64,000 bases of DNA. Origin: an uncultured Methanosarcinaceae archaeon. Its GTDB lineage: Archaea > Halobacteriota > Methanosarcinia > Methanosarcinales > Methanosarcinaceae. The position numbers were made by a program, and so were the translations under genes. A model generated the notes under the pieces. It did no database searches, had not been told where the DNA came from, and saw only the letters and a list, made by a program, of their open reading frames with translations. This document shows, in pieces, positions 44,190 to 54,996 of the stretch. The first letter of the stretch is position 1. Each line of letters begins with the position of its first letter. Where the stretch lies: NCBI GenBank assembly GCA_963833425.1, contig CAWHXP010000002.1:288001-352000 (forward strand), in the 5' to 3' direction.

Positions 44190-47100
44190 GTGTACATAAA
44201 AGAGATTGAATTCGTTAATTTCAAATCCTTCGGAAAAAAAGTAAAGATTTCCTTTTACAACGACTTTACCACAATTTCCGGTCCGAATGGTAGTGGGAAA
44301 TCAAATATAATAGATGGGATTCTCTTCGCACTAGGGCTTACAAGTTCTAGGACTCTTCGAGCCGAAAAACTCACTGATCTTATTTACAACGGTGAAGAAG
44401 CAAAAAGACCTGATTACGCCCAAGTTACGATCCGTTTTGACAATTCCGACCGCAAGCTACCTCTGGAACTTGACGAAGTTGAGATCTCAAGAAAGATCCG
44501 GCGGACTAAAAACGGATACTATAGCTACTTTTACTTCAATGGAAGAACTGTAAACCTTGGAGAAATACATTTTCAGCTCGCAAAAGCCGGTGTGACTCCT
44601 GAGGGTTATAATGTGGTAATGCAAGGGGATGTCACACAGATTATCTCCATGACCTCTGTAGAACGGCGAAAGATTATCGACGAAATTGCAGGGGTTACTG
44701 AATTTGAAGAGCGCAAGCAAAAGTCTTTAGGAGAACTGGAAGTTGTCAGGCAGCAAATAGAACGTGTTGATATAATTTTAGAGGAAGTAAGAGTTCAACT
44801 TGAAAAATTGACCGAAGAGCGCGATCAGGCCTTAAAATACCAGGCACTTAAGGCTGAAAAAGTTAACTTTGAGGGCTACATTCTGCTTTCTAAACTAAAG
44901 GATGCAAGAATCGAACTGAATAACGTAGATCACGAGATTGCCAGAAAAGGAGAACATCTTGAAAAAGTACAAGCTTTGCTAAACGAGCGAACACAGGAAA
45001 TCCAAGTTCTTGAAGAGACTCTTGAAAAAATGTCTCTCGAAATCCGCAAAAAAGGGGAAGATGAACAACTCCAGATCAAGAGAGAAATAGAAGAGATCAA
45101 GGGAGAAATTTCACGCTGCATAGATAGCATTGAGCTTTCGGAATCTGAACTTGAGGACGCTGACTCGCGACGTAGGAAAGCCTTTATTGATATTGACTCA
45201 AACAAGAACAAGATCAGAGAACTTGAAGAAAAAATCGAAGTTGAAAACCTGAGAAAGGATAGTATATCATCAGAGCTTTCCGAGCGCAAAAAAGAGTGCA
45301 TATTACTACACAGCAGGATTGCTGAGGTGGATACAAAATTTGCCGTGACAAGAGATGAGCTCATGGCTACCAGACGGGAGCTTGAGAGTGTAAAGAATGA
45401 AAGGAATGAGCTCATCCGAACTGAGGACAGACTTTTAGATACTCTCAGGAGAAGATCTTCGGAACTTAGGGAGATAGAAACACAGATCCTAGATGCAGAA
45501 GCAGCAGTCTCTAACTGCGATAGCGACACACTTTCTGTTCAGTACGAAATCGAAAAGCTTTCTAAAAATATAGAAGCCCTTATAAAAGATAATAACGATA
45601 TCGAGGGCAGTCATTTCAGAATCAAAGAAGATGTCAGGATACTCGAAAGCAAGCTTCACAGCCTGCAACAAGAATATGCAATTACTGAAGCGAGGATCAG
45701 GGCATCTGAACAAGGAGGAAGCTATTCCAAAGCTGTTGAAATGGTGATCGGAGCTTTTATGCAGGAGGAGCTTTTCGGAATCCATGGTACCATTGCACAG
45801 CTGGGGAAAGTGGACAGGCGGTACGCAACAGCTCTAGAAATTGCCGCAGGAAATAGAATGCAAGCAATTGTTGTAGACACTGATGCCGATGCCGCTGAAG
45901 CAATCGAATACTTAAAGCGCAGAAAAGGAGGACGAGTCACCTTTCTTCCACTCAACAAAATGAAAAAATCTAGACATCTTGAAAATCTTAGTTATGAAAA
46001 TGGTCTAATAGGATACGCAATTGATCTTCTCGAATTTGACCCCCTTTTTGAACCTGCATTCTGGTATGTTTTTCAGGATACACTTGTGATGGAAAATTTA
46101 GCAAGTGCTCGTCAATTCATGGGAAAGGCAAGAATAGTAACCCTTGAAGGGGAACTCCTGGAAAAGAGCGGTGCAATGGTAGGAGGTTTTCTTTCTTCAA
46201 AGTCAGGAATTACTTTTGAGGCTGCTGAAAAAGATAAACTTATTGAGCTTGCAGATGAGATAAATTCTTTAGATACTAGCCGGACTGCAGCTATAATCAA
46301 ACAGGATAACATTGAAAATCATCTTTTTGAATTGAGCCGAAAAATTAGGGACTGTGAGGTTACGATTTTGCGAAAGGAACATCAGCTTGAGGAAATCGCA
46401 GGCAGAGGGGCCAAGCTTGCAGAACTTCTGGAAACTAAGCAAACAGATCTTAAAGCAATCGAGAACTCAAGGACTGAACTCCGGGTTGAGATGGACAACA
46501 TTATTGCAGAAAAAAGCGAAAAAGAAAAAACTACAGCTGAAATTGAAGCACATATTTCTGAACTTGAGGCAAAACTTGCTGATTCCCCTCTACCTGAGAT
46601 CAATAAAAAATTGGAATCCGTTGACCAGGAATTAAAGAGGCTTGAAAGTAGAATCTGGGATATTGAGACTAATCTGAATGCTTTGAAGCTTGAAAAAGAA
46701 TACGTTGAACAAAAAATTGCCGACGCGAAGGAACTCATTGGGGATCTTGATGAAAAAAAAGACTTAAAGCTTAAAAAAGTTGACTCTCTAAAGGTAAAAA
46801 TAAAGGAATTTAAGGAAAAACTCGATGAAAAGAAGACTCTGGAACTTGAGCTTTCCGATAAGCTGATAGGGCTTCAAACAGACAGAGATAATGTTAATGT
46901 GAAACACAGTACAGTGAAGCGCAGGGTTAACGTTGCTGCAAAAGCCCTTGAAAATGCAAGACAGCAGATGTTTACGCTCACAGCTACTAGAAATGCGCTT
47001 CTTGACCAAGAAAAAAAGTTCACGGAAGAAGTCCAGAGAAGAGGTATAAGGGAAACGTATGAAGTTCCAAATTACGAAACCGTTTATATGCGGATTCAAG

Positions 47101-47717
47101 CAATCGAAGAAGCTCTCAAGAGTCTTGAGCCAATAAACATGAGAGCAATTGACAAGTACGAAGAGGTAGAACTAAGGCTTTTGAATCTTCAAGAAAAGCG
47201 GGATATCCTTTCTACTGAAAGGAGGCAACTGCTTGAACGTATAGATCAGTACGAACAGCTAAAGAGAGATTCTTTTATGGAAGCATACACAATCATCAAT
47301 GCCAATTTTAAAGATATCTTTCATGAGCTTTCCGAGGGCATGGGTGAGCTCTTACTTGAAGACCATGCTAATCCTTTTGCAGGAGGCATGACCCTCCGGG
47401 CCCAGCCCAAGGAAAAAACTCTCCAGCGGATCGAATCCATGTCAGGAGGAGAAAAAAGCCTTACAGCTCTTGCATTCATTTTTGCGATCCAGCAGTACCA
47501 CCCCGCTCCTTTTTATGCCTTTGATGAAATTGATATGTTTTTGGACGGTTGGAATGTGGAGAGAGTTTCAAAGCGGATTAAATCCTCAGGATCAAAAGTT
47601 CAGTTTATCGTTGTCTCTTTACGAAAACCCATGATTCAGGCTGCAAGCAGAACAATAGGGGTCACAATGCAGGAAAATAACATTACTAGCATTACTGGAG
47701 TGAAGCTTAATGGCTGA
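44190..47717 (+). CDS. smc: Chromosome segregation ATPase SMC
   Basis: GPNGSGKS, hinge GRVTFLPL and LLEKSGAMVGG, MSGGEKSL, FDEID; GTG start at 44190. Confidence 0.97.
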   Translation: MYIKEIEFVNFKSFGKKVKISFYNDFTTISGPNGSGKSNIIDGILFALGLTSSRTLRAEKLTDLIYNGEEAKRPDYAQVTIRFDNSDRKLPLELDEVEISRKIRRTKNGYYSYFYFNGRTVNLGEIHFQLAKAGVTPEGYNVVMQGDVTQIISMTSVERRKIIDEIAGVTEFEERKQKSLGELEVVRQQIERVDIILEEVRVQLEKLTEERDQALKYQALKAEKVNFEGYILLSKLKDARIELNNVDHEIARKGEHLEKVQALLNERTQEIQVLEETLEKMSLEIRKKGEDEQLQIKREIEEIKGEISRCIDSIELSESELEDADSRRRKAFIDIDSNKNKIRELEEKIEVENLRKDSISSELSERKKECILLHSRIAEVDTKFAVTRDELMATRRELESVKNERNELIRTEDRLLDTLRRRSSELREIETQILDAEAAVSNCDSDTLSVQYEIEKLSKNIEALIKDNNDIEGSHFRIKEDVRILESKLHSLQQEYAITEARIRASEQGGSYSKAVEMVIGAFMQEELFGIHGTIAQLGKVDRRYATALEIAAGNRMQAIVVDTDADAAEAIEYLKRRKGGRVTFLPLNKMKKSRHLENLSYENGLIGYAIDLLEFDPLFEPAFWYVFQDTLVMENLASARQFMGKARIVTLEGELLEKSGAMVGGFLSSKSGITFEAAEKDKLIELADEINSLDTSRTAAIIKQDNIENHLFELSRKIRDCEVTILRKEHQLEEIAGRGAKLAELLETKQTDLKAIENSRTELRVEMDNIIAEKSEKEKTTAEIEAHISELEAKLADSPLPEINKKLESVDQELKRLESRIWDIETNLNALKLEKEYVEQKIADAKELIGDLDEKKDLKLKKVDSLKVKIKEFKEKLDEKKTLELELSDKLIGLQTDRDNVNVKHSTVKRRVNVAAKALENARQQMFTLTATRNALLDQEKKFTEEVQRRGIRETYEVPNYETVYMRIQAIEEALKSLEPINMRAIDKYEEVELRLLNLQEKRDILSTERRQLLERIDQYEQLKRDSFMEAYTIINANFKDIFHELSEGMGELLLEDHANPFAGGMTLRAQPKEKTLQRIESMSGGEKSLTALAFIFAIQQYHPAPFYAFDEIDMFLDGWNVERVSKRIKSSGSKVQFIVVSLRKPMIQAASRTIGVTMQENNITSITGVKLNG

Positions 47718-48702
47718 AATTATGGGTAACGTGGGTGCTACACTTGAAGTTCCCAACATATCTGGTCATACTTTCTGTGAATCTGAGAAAAATAACTCTT
47801 TTTTTTTAGATTCAGAAACTTATGGACTTCCAAAGACACTTACAAGCCTTGGAATTGAATGGAATCTAATTGATATTTCTGAATTTGAGACATATGAACC
47901 CCTTGGCATACTGGTTGAGCTTGCTCAGGGTGGGAAAATAGATCCCTGGGATGTCGATATTGTACAGCTTACTGACAGCTTCCTGGGAAAGGTGGAAGAA
48001 CTCAAGAAAATGGACCTCAGAATTTCCTCACGAACACTTCTTTATTCTGCCATTCTTCTTCGTATGAAATCTTCGCGAATTCTTGAAGTAGAGGAGGAAG
48101 AGATTAACGAATTTGATTCTGATTTTGTCGACGAGCTAAATTTGCCTGAACCTGAATACTTTCCTCTTCCGAAGCTTCCGATCCGCCGCATCTCGACTAG
48201 GCCGGTTACACTCAATGAATTGATGTTTGAACTCAAGAAAGCAGAGAAAACAATTACCAAAAAAAATGAAAAGAGAGCTCTTAGAGCTTCGGAAGAACTT
48301 CATCTGCTCGAAGATCTCCACCCTAATACCATTGACGTCCTCGGTATCGCGCATGAAGAAGCCATTAGTTCGCGGCTGGTACTTATCTGGGCAAGTCTTT
48401 CAGAATTGTTTATGATTCAGCCTGTAGTACTTTTTTCCAGTTTCCTGGAAATAAGTGAAGATAAAATTATGGATTATCTATCTCTTCTTTTTCTTGCTTC
48501 AAGCAGAAAGATTTGGCTTTTCCAGAATGAGCTATTTGGGGAACTGTATATATATCCAGGAGAAAAATCTGGATTTTCCACTAAGAATAATCCCTCTCCA
48601 TTTAATGAGATTAAGTTGGAATCGAAAGGCGAATTTTCAAGGTATCAGATTCAGAACACTTTTAAAACAAATTTTATAAATGATGTCTTCCCGGATGAGT
48701 AA
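47710..48702 (+). CDS. scpA: Kleisin ScpA
   Basis: IDPWDVDIV, LLYSAILLRMKS, RPVTL.EL, YLSLLFLA; overlaps the smc stop. Confidence 0.92.
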   Translation: MAEIMGNVGATLEVPNISGHTFCESEKNNSFFLDSETYGLPKTLTSLGIEWNLIDISEFETYEPLGILVELAQGGKIDPWDVDIVQLTDSFLGKVEELKKMDLRISSRTLLYSAILLRMKSSRILEVEEEEINEFDSDFVDELNLPEPEYFPLPKLPIRRISTRPVTLNELMFELKKAEKTITKKNEKRALRASEELHLLEDLHPNTIDVLGIAHEEAISSRLVLIWASLSELFMIQPVVLFSSFLEISEDKIMDYLSLLFLASSRKIWLFQNELFGELYIYPGEKSGFSTKNNPSPFNEIKLESKGEFSRYQIQNTFKTNFINDVFPDE

Positions 48703-48820
48703 GTGGATAAATAGCCTGAAAAACAGTGTACCTTAATCATTATTTTTTTAATCGAAACATGTAAAGCCAAATTCACTTAAAGAATAAATAATCTTAGTAG
48801 TCTTTATTCCTTTTAGGGAC

Positions 48821-49945
48821 GTGAAACTTATGGGTGAATTTGAAATTATTGAAGCAGCACTTTTTGTTGCTGGCAGGGCAATAAGCCTCGAGAAGCTTAT
48901 AAAAATCAGCGGAAAACCCAAAAAAGCTGTCCTTTTGGCATTAAAGGAGCTAAAGAAAGCTTATTCCTCCAGAAGATCTGCCCTTGAGATTATAAATCTT
49001 GGAGATCGTTATGTAATGCAGGTCAAGACCGAATATGCAGAACTTATGTTCGAAGTTGCACCAAGAGAGCTCTCAGCCCCGAAACTCCGCACTCTTTCGA
49101 TGATTGCGTATCATCAGCCTTTGCTTCAGTCAGATCTTATTCATATGAGAGGTAGTGGTGCTTATGATCATATTAAAGACCTGATAAAGCGAGGATTTGT
49201 AGAATCCGTACCCTGCGGAAAGAGCAGGCAGCTTTCAACGACTTCTCTTTTTGCAGATTATTTCGGGCTTATGAATAATGATCCGAAAGCCATAAAGGAA
49301 AAAATTCTGGAACTTCTAAAATCGCAAGGTGGGCAAAGTGAGATTAACTTGTGGATTGAAAGAAGATCAGTTGCCGTGACTCCTATGTATGAATCTCTCA
49401 TGAGCATGTGTGGAATCAAAGAATACTTTGTTATTAATGCCTACTCACCTTCAAAAGAGGAGATCTCACGTTTGCTTGAGGTTGATGTGCTTGTAGTCTC
49501 AGCAGGTTATATTGATACCTTGAGACAATACTTTGATGGAGAAATCCTTGAAATTCATTCGACAACTTTTGAAGACCTTACAGAAGCAGTTTCCTTATTA
49601 TCTGAGGAACTTACTAACGAAATAGACACTGAAACAGTGGAAGATACTCTCAAGAAAATACGGGATACCAGGGAAAAGTATGTTTCTTCCTCTGTTCTCA
49701 TTGAGAAAAAAGTAAAACCAGCAACTGAAATGGTCTCAAAGATCATAAATGATCTTTCTCTTGGAGTTTCTTCAGACGGTGTGTTTATTGCTCCAGACTG
49801 CCGTGCTTTAAAGAACAATGTAAAAATAGAGAGCGGAGATCAAATTCTAATACCCACTCACCACAATATAGAGGGCAATCTCCTTGAAAGGGTATGCAAA
49901 AAATATGATTCTATTCTTGAAGGTTTGAGTAAATTTGAAAAATGA
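48821..49945 (+). CDS. scpB: ScpB (kite) with ~195 aa C-terminal extension
   Basis: IEAALFVAG, LRTLSMIAYHQP, RGSGAYDH, TT..FADYFGL in the first ~180 aa. Confidence 0.92.
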   Translation: MKLMGEFEIIEAALFVAGRAISLEKLIKISGKPKKAVLLALKELKKAYSSRRSALEIINLGDRYVMQVKTEYAELMFEVAPRELSAPKLRTLSMIAYHQPLLQSDLIHMRGSGAYDHIKDLIKRGFVESVPCGKSRQLSTTSLFADYFGLMNNDPKAIKEKILELLKSQGGQSEINLWIERRSVAVTPMYESLMSMCGIKEYFVINAYSPSKEEISRLLEVDVLVVSAGYIDTLRQYFDGEILEIHSTTFEDLTEAVSLLSEELTNEIDTETVEDTLKKIRDTREKYVSSSVLIEKKVKPATEMVSKIINDLSLGVSSDGVFIAPDCRALKNNVKIESGDQILIPTHHNIEGNLLERVCKKYDSILEGLSKFEK

Positions 49946-50038
49946 GGCATCTAAAAACCAATGCATCTGCCATAATATTTCTTAATTTTTTATGAAAACG
50001 GGAACTTAAATTTAAATAGTTTTGCTTGATTTGTGTTC

Positions 50039-50125
50039 TATATATAAAGCATTTATAAACCAGACTGGGCATTTAACTATAGCTTTATATATCGGTTAGA
50101 GGATATTACTTTTGCTTTATATACC
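50039..50125 (+). promoter_or_regulatory. Cluster of TATA-like boxes upstream of tbp
   Basis: GCATTTATAAAC, GCATTTAACTAT, GCTTTATATATC and GCTTTATATACC within ~90 bp. Confidence 0.45.
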
Positions 50126-50137
50126 GAGGGTTGACGA

Positions 50138-50689
50138 ATGAGCGAATCTAGTATAAAGATCGAAAACGTGGTCGCATCCACCAAACTTGCTGAAGAATTT
50201 GACTTAACGGTAATAGAATCTGAGTTCGAAGGGGCTGAGTACAATAAGCAGAAGTTTCCTGGGCTCGTTTACAGGGTTTCAGATCCAAAAGCTGCATTCT
50301 TGGTCTTTACCTCTGGAAAAGTTGTCTGTACTGGAGCAAAAAATGTAGCCGATGTGCACACAGTTATAGGTAATATGGCAAAAAAATTGAACAGCATAGG
50401 AATCAAGACCCTAGAAAATCCCGATATTACTGTCCAAAATATTGTTGCTTCAGCAGACCTGCACACAATCCTGAATCTTAATGCAATTGCAATCGGGCTT
50501 GGACTTGAAAACATTGAATATGAACCCGAACAGTTTCCAGGACTTGTATACAGGATCGATGAACCCAAGGTAGTAGTTCTGATTTTCAGTTCAGGAAAAT
50601 TGGTCGTTACAGGTGGCAAATCCCCTGAAGATTGCGAAAAGGGTGTCAAAGTAGTCCGCCAGCAGCTTGACAACATGGGCCTTTTATAA
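50138..50689 (+). CDS. tbp: TATA-box binding protein
   Basis: Two repeats of NVVAS...FPGLVYR...F.SGK.V.TG.K. Confidence 0.98.
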   Translation: MSESSIKIENVVASTKLAEEFDLTVIESEFEGAEYNKQKFPGLVYRVSDPKAAFLVFTSGKVVCTGAKNVADVHTVIGNMAKKLNSIGIKTLENPDITVQNIVASADLHTILNLNAIAIGLGLENIEYEPEQFPGLVYRIDEPKVVVLIFSSGKLVVTGGKSPEDCEKGVKVVRQQLDNMGLL

Positions 50690-50821
50690 GAACCATCAAT
50701 CTATTATATTAACTGTATACCCCTTATAGGGCTCTTTTCTCGGAAAAGGAAATTATCGAAAATCTAAAATAAAATGGATTCTGCGACATGCATAGATTCA
50801 AGTAAAGGGCATGTGTGAAAC

Positions 50822-51739
50822 TTGAACAGCGTAGATGTATGTATTCTTATTCCCACTTTGAATGAAGCTGCAACAATAGGACGGGTTATCGAAGATTTCA
50901 AAAAAGAGGGTTTTTTTAATATTCTGGTGATTGACGGAGACAGCAAAGACGACACAAGTCAAATTGCGGAAGCCGAAGGAGCAAAAGTCATCATTCAGAC
51001 TGGAAAAGGTAAAGGGCAGGCAATTATCCAGGCTTTTAAGCTTATAGAGAGTCCTTATGTAGTAATGGTTGATGGGGACGGAACTTATCTAGCTCGTGAA
51101 GCTCCAGTTCTTCTCGAACCTATTCAGAGAGGAAGAGCAGACCATGTAATTGGTAATCGACTTGAAAATTATTCTTCAGGAGCTTTTACAAAACTTAACT
51201 TGATGGGCAACCGTCTGATAAACATATTTTTTGACATTGCGTACGGGGTAAATTTAAAGGATATTCTCTCAGGTTATCGTGCATTTACTCTTGAGAGTAT
51301 GAAGGAACTGGAACTTAACAAAACAGGCTTTGAAATTGAGACTGAAATTTCTGTAGAATGTATCCTTAAAAAGCAGAGGGTTGTGGAGATCCCAATTACT
51401 TACCTTCCCAGAAGCAAAGAAGGTACAACCAAGCTAAATCCGGTAAAAGACGGGTTCAGAATTGGTTCTACTATCTACAGGCTTGCAAAAGTACATAATC
51501 CAATGTTTTACTTTGGGATCATAGGCTCTTTTTTTATTCTAGCAGGCCTTATTACGGGAGCCTTTGTGATATACCAGTGGTTCCAGGGAATCACACGTGT
51601 TCCCCTTTCTGTTCTCACAGCCCTGTTCACAATATTCGGTCTGCAGATGTTTATTTTCGGCATTCTAAGTGATCTCATAGTAACCCTAAACAGGCAAATA
51701 ATTAATTTAATTCAGAAAAAAAATAAATATCAAAAGTAA
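50822..51739 (+). CDS. aglJ: Dolichol-phosphate glycosyltransferase, GT2, AglJ-like
   Basis: IPTLNE, DGDS.D.T, DGDGTY, DILSGYRAF, GFEIETE, TKLNP.KDG; two C-terminal TM. Confidence 0.85.
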   Translation: MNSVDVCILIPTLNEAATIGRVIEDFKKEGFFNILVIDGDSKDDTSQIAEAEGAKVIIQTGKGKGQAIIQAFKLIESPYVVMVDGDGTYLAREAPVLLEPIQRGRADHVIGNRLENYSSGAFTKLNLMGNRLINIFFDIAYGVNLKDILSGYRAFTLESMKELELNKTGFEIETEISVECILKKQRVVEIPITYLPRSKEGTTKLNPVKDGFRIGSTIYRLAKVHNPMFYFGIIGSFFILAGLITGAFVIYQWFQGITRVPLSVLTALFTIFGLQMFIFGILSDLIVTLNRQIINLIQKKNKYQK

Positions 51740-52449
51740 GGAAATGGGATCAGTTAAACATATACTTTGTATAAATATTTAGTGAGTTCTCGTTTGAAAC
51801 AGGTATGTTTGAGAAGTATTTGAGAGTTGAAAAATCATACACTACCGTAACTGAATCTTACCGCAAGGCATATCCACCCCAAAGTATAGAAAAGATCATA
51901 ACTACTTTCAAAGTGGGTAAAACTCAGATTTTTCTGCTTACAGTATTGCTAAAGAATTAGATGAAAAATTTCATCGAGATTAGTTACTTCGTCTTCTTTG
52001 TTTTACAAAAATTTCATATTGTTTGCTGTAATAACTCCGTCATCAAAAATAGTAAAAGAGTTTTTTGAGCCTAGTTATTATCTGATTATAAGTACCAAAA
52101 AATGCTGCTAGTCAGAACTTTGACTCAATTCACTATACCTCCAATGAATATGTTCATAAGTTTCTTGAATTTATTAGCTCCAACAGTTAGATGTAACTTG
52201 TCAGGTTTATAATCTTTACTGGTTCATACTTACCAAGTTTATGTTTAGTACCGTGGAAAACTATGCTTGCCCATCCAAATTTAAATCCGTTTCTTCGATG
52301 TCATAAACCTAAAATAGACTGATCAGAATATAGATCATATTTCCTCTCTGTTATCCTCCAAAATTAAGCATTATATAAAAGAATTGAACATTAAGAATCT
52401 ATCAGATAGGATTCCCCATGTTATGTTACCAATTTTTCGCAGATGTACA

Positions 52450-52570
52450 TAAAAATGCTATCTATTTTTTCAACATGAATGTAGCTTAAAGATTAATTCA
52501 ACTTTAAATAAATTAGTGGGCAAATAGGCAAACAAATTCTACATCTATTCACATCTGCAAAATTTCGGTT
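52450..52570. repeat. ~115 bp dispersed repeat, copy C
   Basis: TTTTCAACATGA..TAGCTTAAAGATTAATTC..GTGGGCAAATAGGCAAACAAATT..ACATCTGCAAAAT. Confidence 0.7.
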
Positions 52571-52677
52571 GTTAGTAATTGTAGGGAATGTTCTCAGTTT
52601 TGAGTCGATATTAATTGAACAGAATAACAGAAGCAAAGGAACATATATTTACTCAACTGTCAAACTTAGGAATCAAT

Positions 52678-52765
52678 GAATAATGACCTATAAATCAGGA
52701 TATAACCCTATGAATTGGGATTCAACCCTATGAATGAAGATATAACTATATGATTAAGGATAATT
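52678..52765. repeat. Tandem 20 bp repeat, about 4 copies
   Basis: GAATAATGACCTATAAATCA / GGATATAACCCTATGAATTG / GGATTCAACCCTATGAATGA / AGATATAACTATATGATTAA / GGATAAT. Confidence 0.7.
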
Positions 52766-52833
52766 CTCCTTCTAATCCTATTTCAAGCTAATTATTGTGA
52801 TTCGAGCTCCGAAAACCAGTAAACTTGTTAAAT

Positions 52834-53977
52834 GAGGATTTCGATAAACTTCGGATTTTATTTCTTAGCAGTAATTTCTCATATCTTCCCCTCAATTTCT
52901 CTATTTAATTCATCTTTTTGGCTTTACTTATTCTCAATTTTTTGATTTTAAAGATAGCTTACGCCATCTTCAATATACTTTTTTTATTTTCAATTTCCTC
53001 AATTGATGGAGATTATAACAAAAAGCCGTACACAACATTTTTAGATTTACTCTTTTAACAGTAGTAACAAAAACTCTTCCTGCTTTGAAAATTTCTTTCG
53101 TTACTGAATAAACTCTTTCCCCTTTGACTCTTTTTGAGCTAATTCTCTTATTTCTTAATATATCCTTTATTCCCAGCGTATGTCCTTTGACCGCTCTTTT
53201 CATTGTTGCATTATACCCTTTCGTTTTTGCTCCAAAGTATCCTCTGTCCCTATAAACCATTTCATTTTCCTCTTCAAATCTACATACGAATCATGTACTG
53301 ACGCAGTTGTTGTTTTGAATCTTCTGATCAGCTCATAATCTCTGTCTATTATATTATGAAGCTTATATCCAAAGTGAGACTTACTTCCCTTCTTTGTCCA
53401 TGTTCAGTCTCTGCTTCTTCTTGTTTTTGCCTCATCTCCTCGAGGTTTATCTCCTTTTGCATGTCCTGAATCTGAATGGATAAAAGTAGCATCCTGAACC
53501 ATTCCCTGCTTCATCTGTAAACCCAGAGTATCAAGTTGGCTTTGTAACTTTCCCCATATTTTCTTTGAAATTCTCGATAATTCTCTCCCTAAATAGCCAT
53601 ACAGTAGTACTGTAAGGTATGTATTCCGGAAATCCAAGGAATTTCCTAAAAGAAATTCGATCTATACAATGTTTCTCAAGTTCAAAATCAGAGAGCACAT
53701 GCCATTGTTGTAAAACAAGCATTTTGAACATCACAATGACATCAGTTTCAGGTCTCCCTCCTGAAACGGTTTTGTTAATATACATAGACTCAAGAATAAT
53801 ACGAAACGTTTTCCAATCAATTAAGAAATCAAATTCAGCAAGCTTATCTCCAACAGATTCAAGACGTTTATACTCTTCTTTAAGAGTAAAATCAGTAAGA
53901 GTTTTCATGAATATACATAAATATTGACAAATTTAAAGTCAACCATGCTCAAGAGCATGGAGGTTATCGAAATTCTC
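52834..53977 (-). mobile_element. IS5-family element, copy 1, frameshifted transposase
   Basis: TIRs GAGGATTTCGATAA / TTATCGAAATTCTC; flanking TAAAT duplication; GGRP, DRISFRKFLG, QDATFI, FGYKLH, YRDRGY fragments. Confidence 0.92.
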
Positions 53978-54031
53978 TAAATGAATTCATTTATTCCCAA
54001 GATCCCTTTTTTCTTTGATCTCAGTTTTAGG

Positions 54032-54724
54032 CTAGGATTCACTTTCATTCTGAGAAAGATGCTTTAGATACTCTTTAATCATCATAGGGAAAGTATTTGA
54101 AGGTACAAAACGGACTCCAAGTTGTTCTGCCCATTTTTCAATCCCATAATCACTTGCAATAACTGCTGCATCAAGCTCCTTGGCAAGAATCAGGACATCA
54201 ATATCAGGAGCGCTATCAAGAATTCCATATCTCAGAGTGGCACGATATTTGTTCCTAAATTTGCCGATGATTCCACCAATTACTTCTCTTTCAATCTCTT
54301 CTCTATATTCTTTTCCTTTACTTTGCGAATATTCAATAGAGAGACATGCAGTAGCTGCCTCCCAGACCGCATCCTCTGCAACTCCCATTCCTCGATTAAT
54401 CCTTTCTCGCATATGGGATACATATTCGTGGAAGATCTGAGAGGTTACATCTACTCTATAACGATCAGGAGATTTTTTCACCAGCCAAGTATCCATCTTG
54501 GCTATAACCTCTTTGTCACAACCATTTCGAATTGTAAATTCATACATCTCCTTATATACTGATGGATAAGGTACGTAACAACTTATGCCAAACTGCAGGC
54601 GGGCATCGGCTATCAGATCAAGAATTCCTGTCATTCCCTCACAGAGGGAAGTATAGCCCATGACCTCACGTGTCTGCAGATCCGTCAGTGCTGTAGTGTC
54701 CAGTACAAATCTCTGCTTAAACAT
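54032..54724 (-). CDS. Protein-only RNase P (HARP, Aq880-like PIN domain)
   Basis: [51 protein letters not shown]...D.GI. Confidence 0.92.
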   Translation of the reverse strand: MFKQRFVLDTTALTDLQTREVMGYTSLCEGMTGILDLIADARLQFGISCYVPYPSVYKEMYEFTIRNGCDKEVIAKMDTWLVKKSPDRYRVDVTSQIFHEYVSHMRERINRGMGVAEDAVWEAATACLSIEYSQSKGKEYREEIEREVIGGIIGKFRNKYRATLRYGILDSAPDIDVLILAKELDAAVIASDYGIEKWAEQLGVRFVPSNTFPMMIKEYLKHLSQNESES

Positions 54725-54879
54725 TTTTTAAGATCCCTTTTAATCATTTTATTTACTTTTTTATTTATTAAATCAAGGATCGATAAAAGTATATGTTTCA
54801 TTTCTTTCTTTGTTTATTTTTTGTTATCGTCCTATAGTTGACTTATTTAACGCTGCATCAGATGATAATTTATTATATT

Positions 54880-54967
54880 TAGAATTTTGATAAACTCCTT
54901 TATTTTGCCATATTTATATAATTTGTATATAAATGATTAGTTCAAATTAGAGATTTATCGGGATATT
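54880..54967. mobile_element. 88 bp IS5-related MITE
   Basis: AGAATTTTGATAAACTCC ... AAATTAGAGATTTATCGGGAT. Confidence 0.6.
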
Positions 54968-54996
54968 TTATCTTGTATATATACTCAGGTACTATA

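Noticed and set aside
44487..47099. Many antisense ORFs over smc, and likewise over ths, mcm, larA, rrp41/42, psmA and the radical SAM gene
   Set aside because: Shadow ORFs of strongly supported genes; Ser/Phe-rich with no motifs
52678..52765. Possible mini CRISPR array
   Set aside because: Units are contiguous with no spacers, and no cas genes are present
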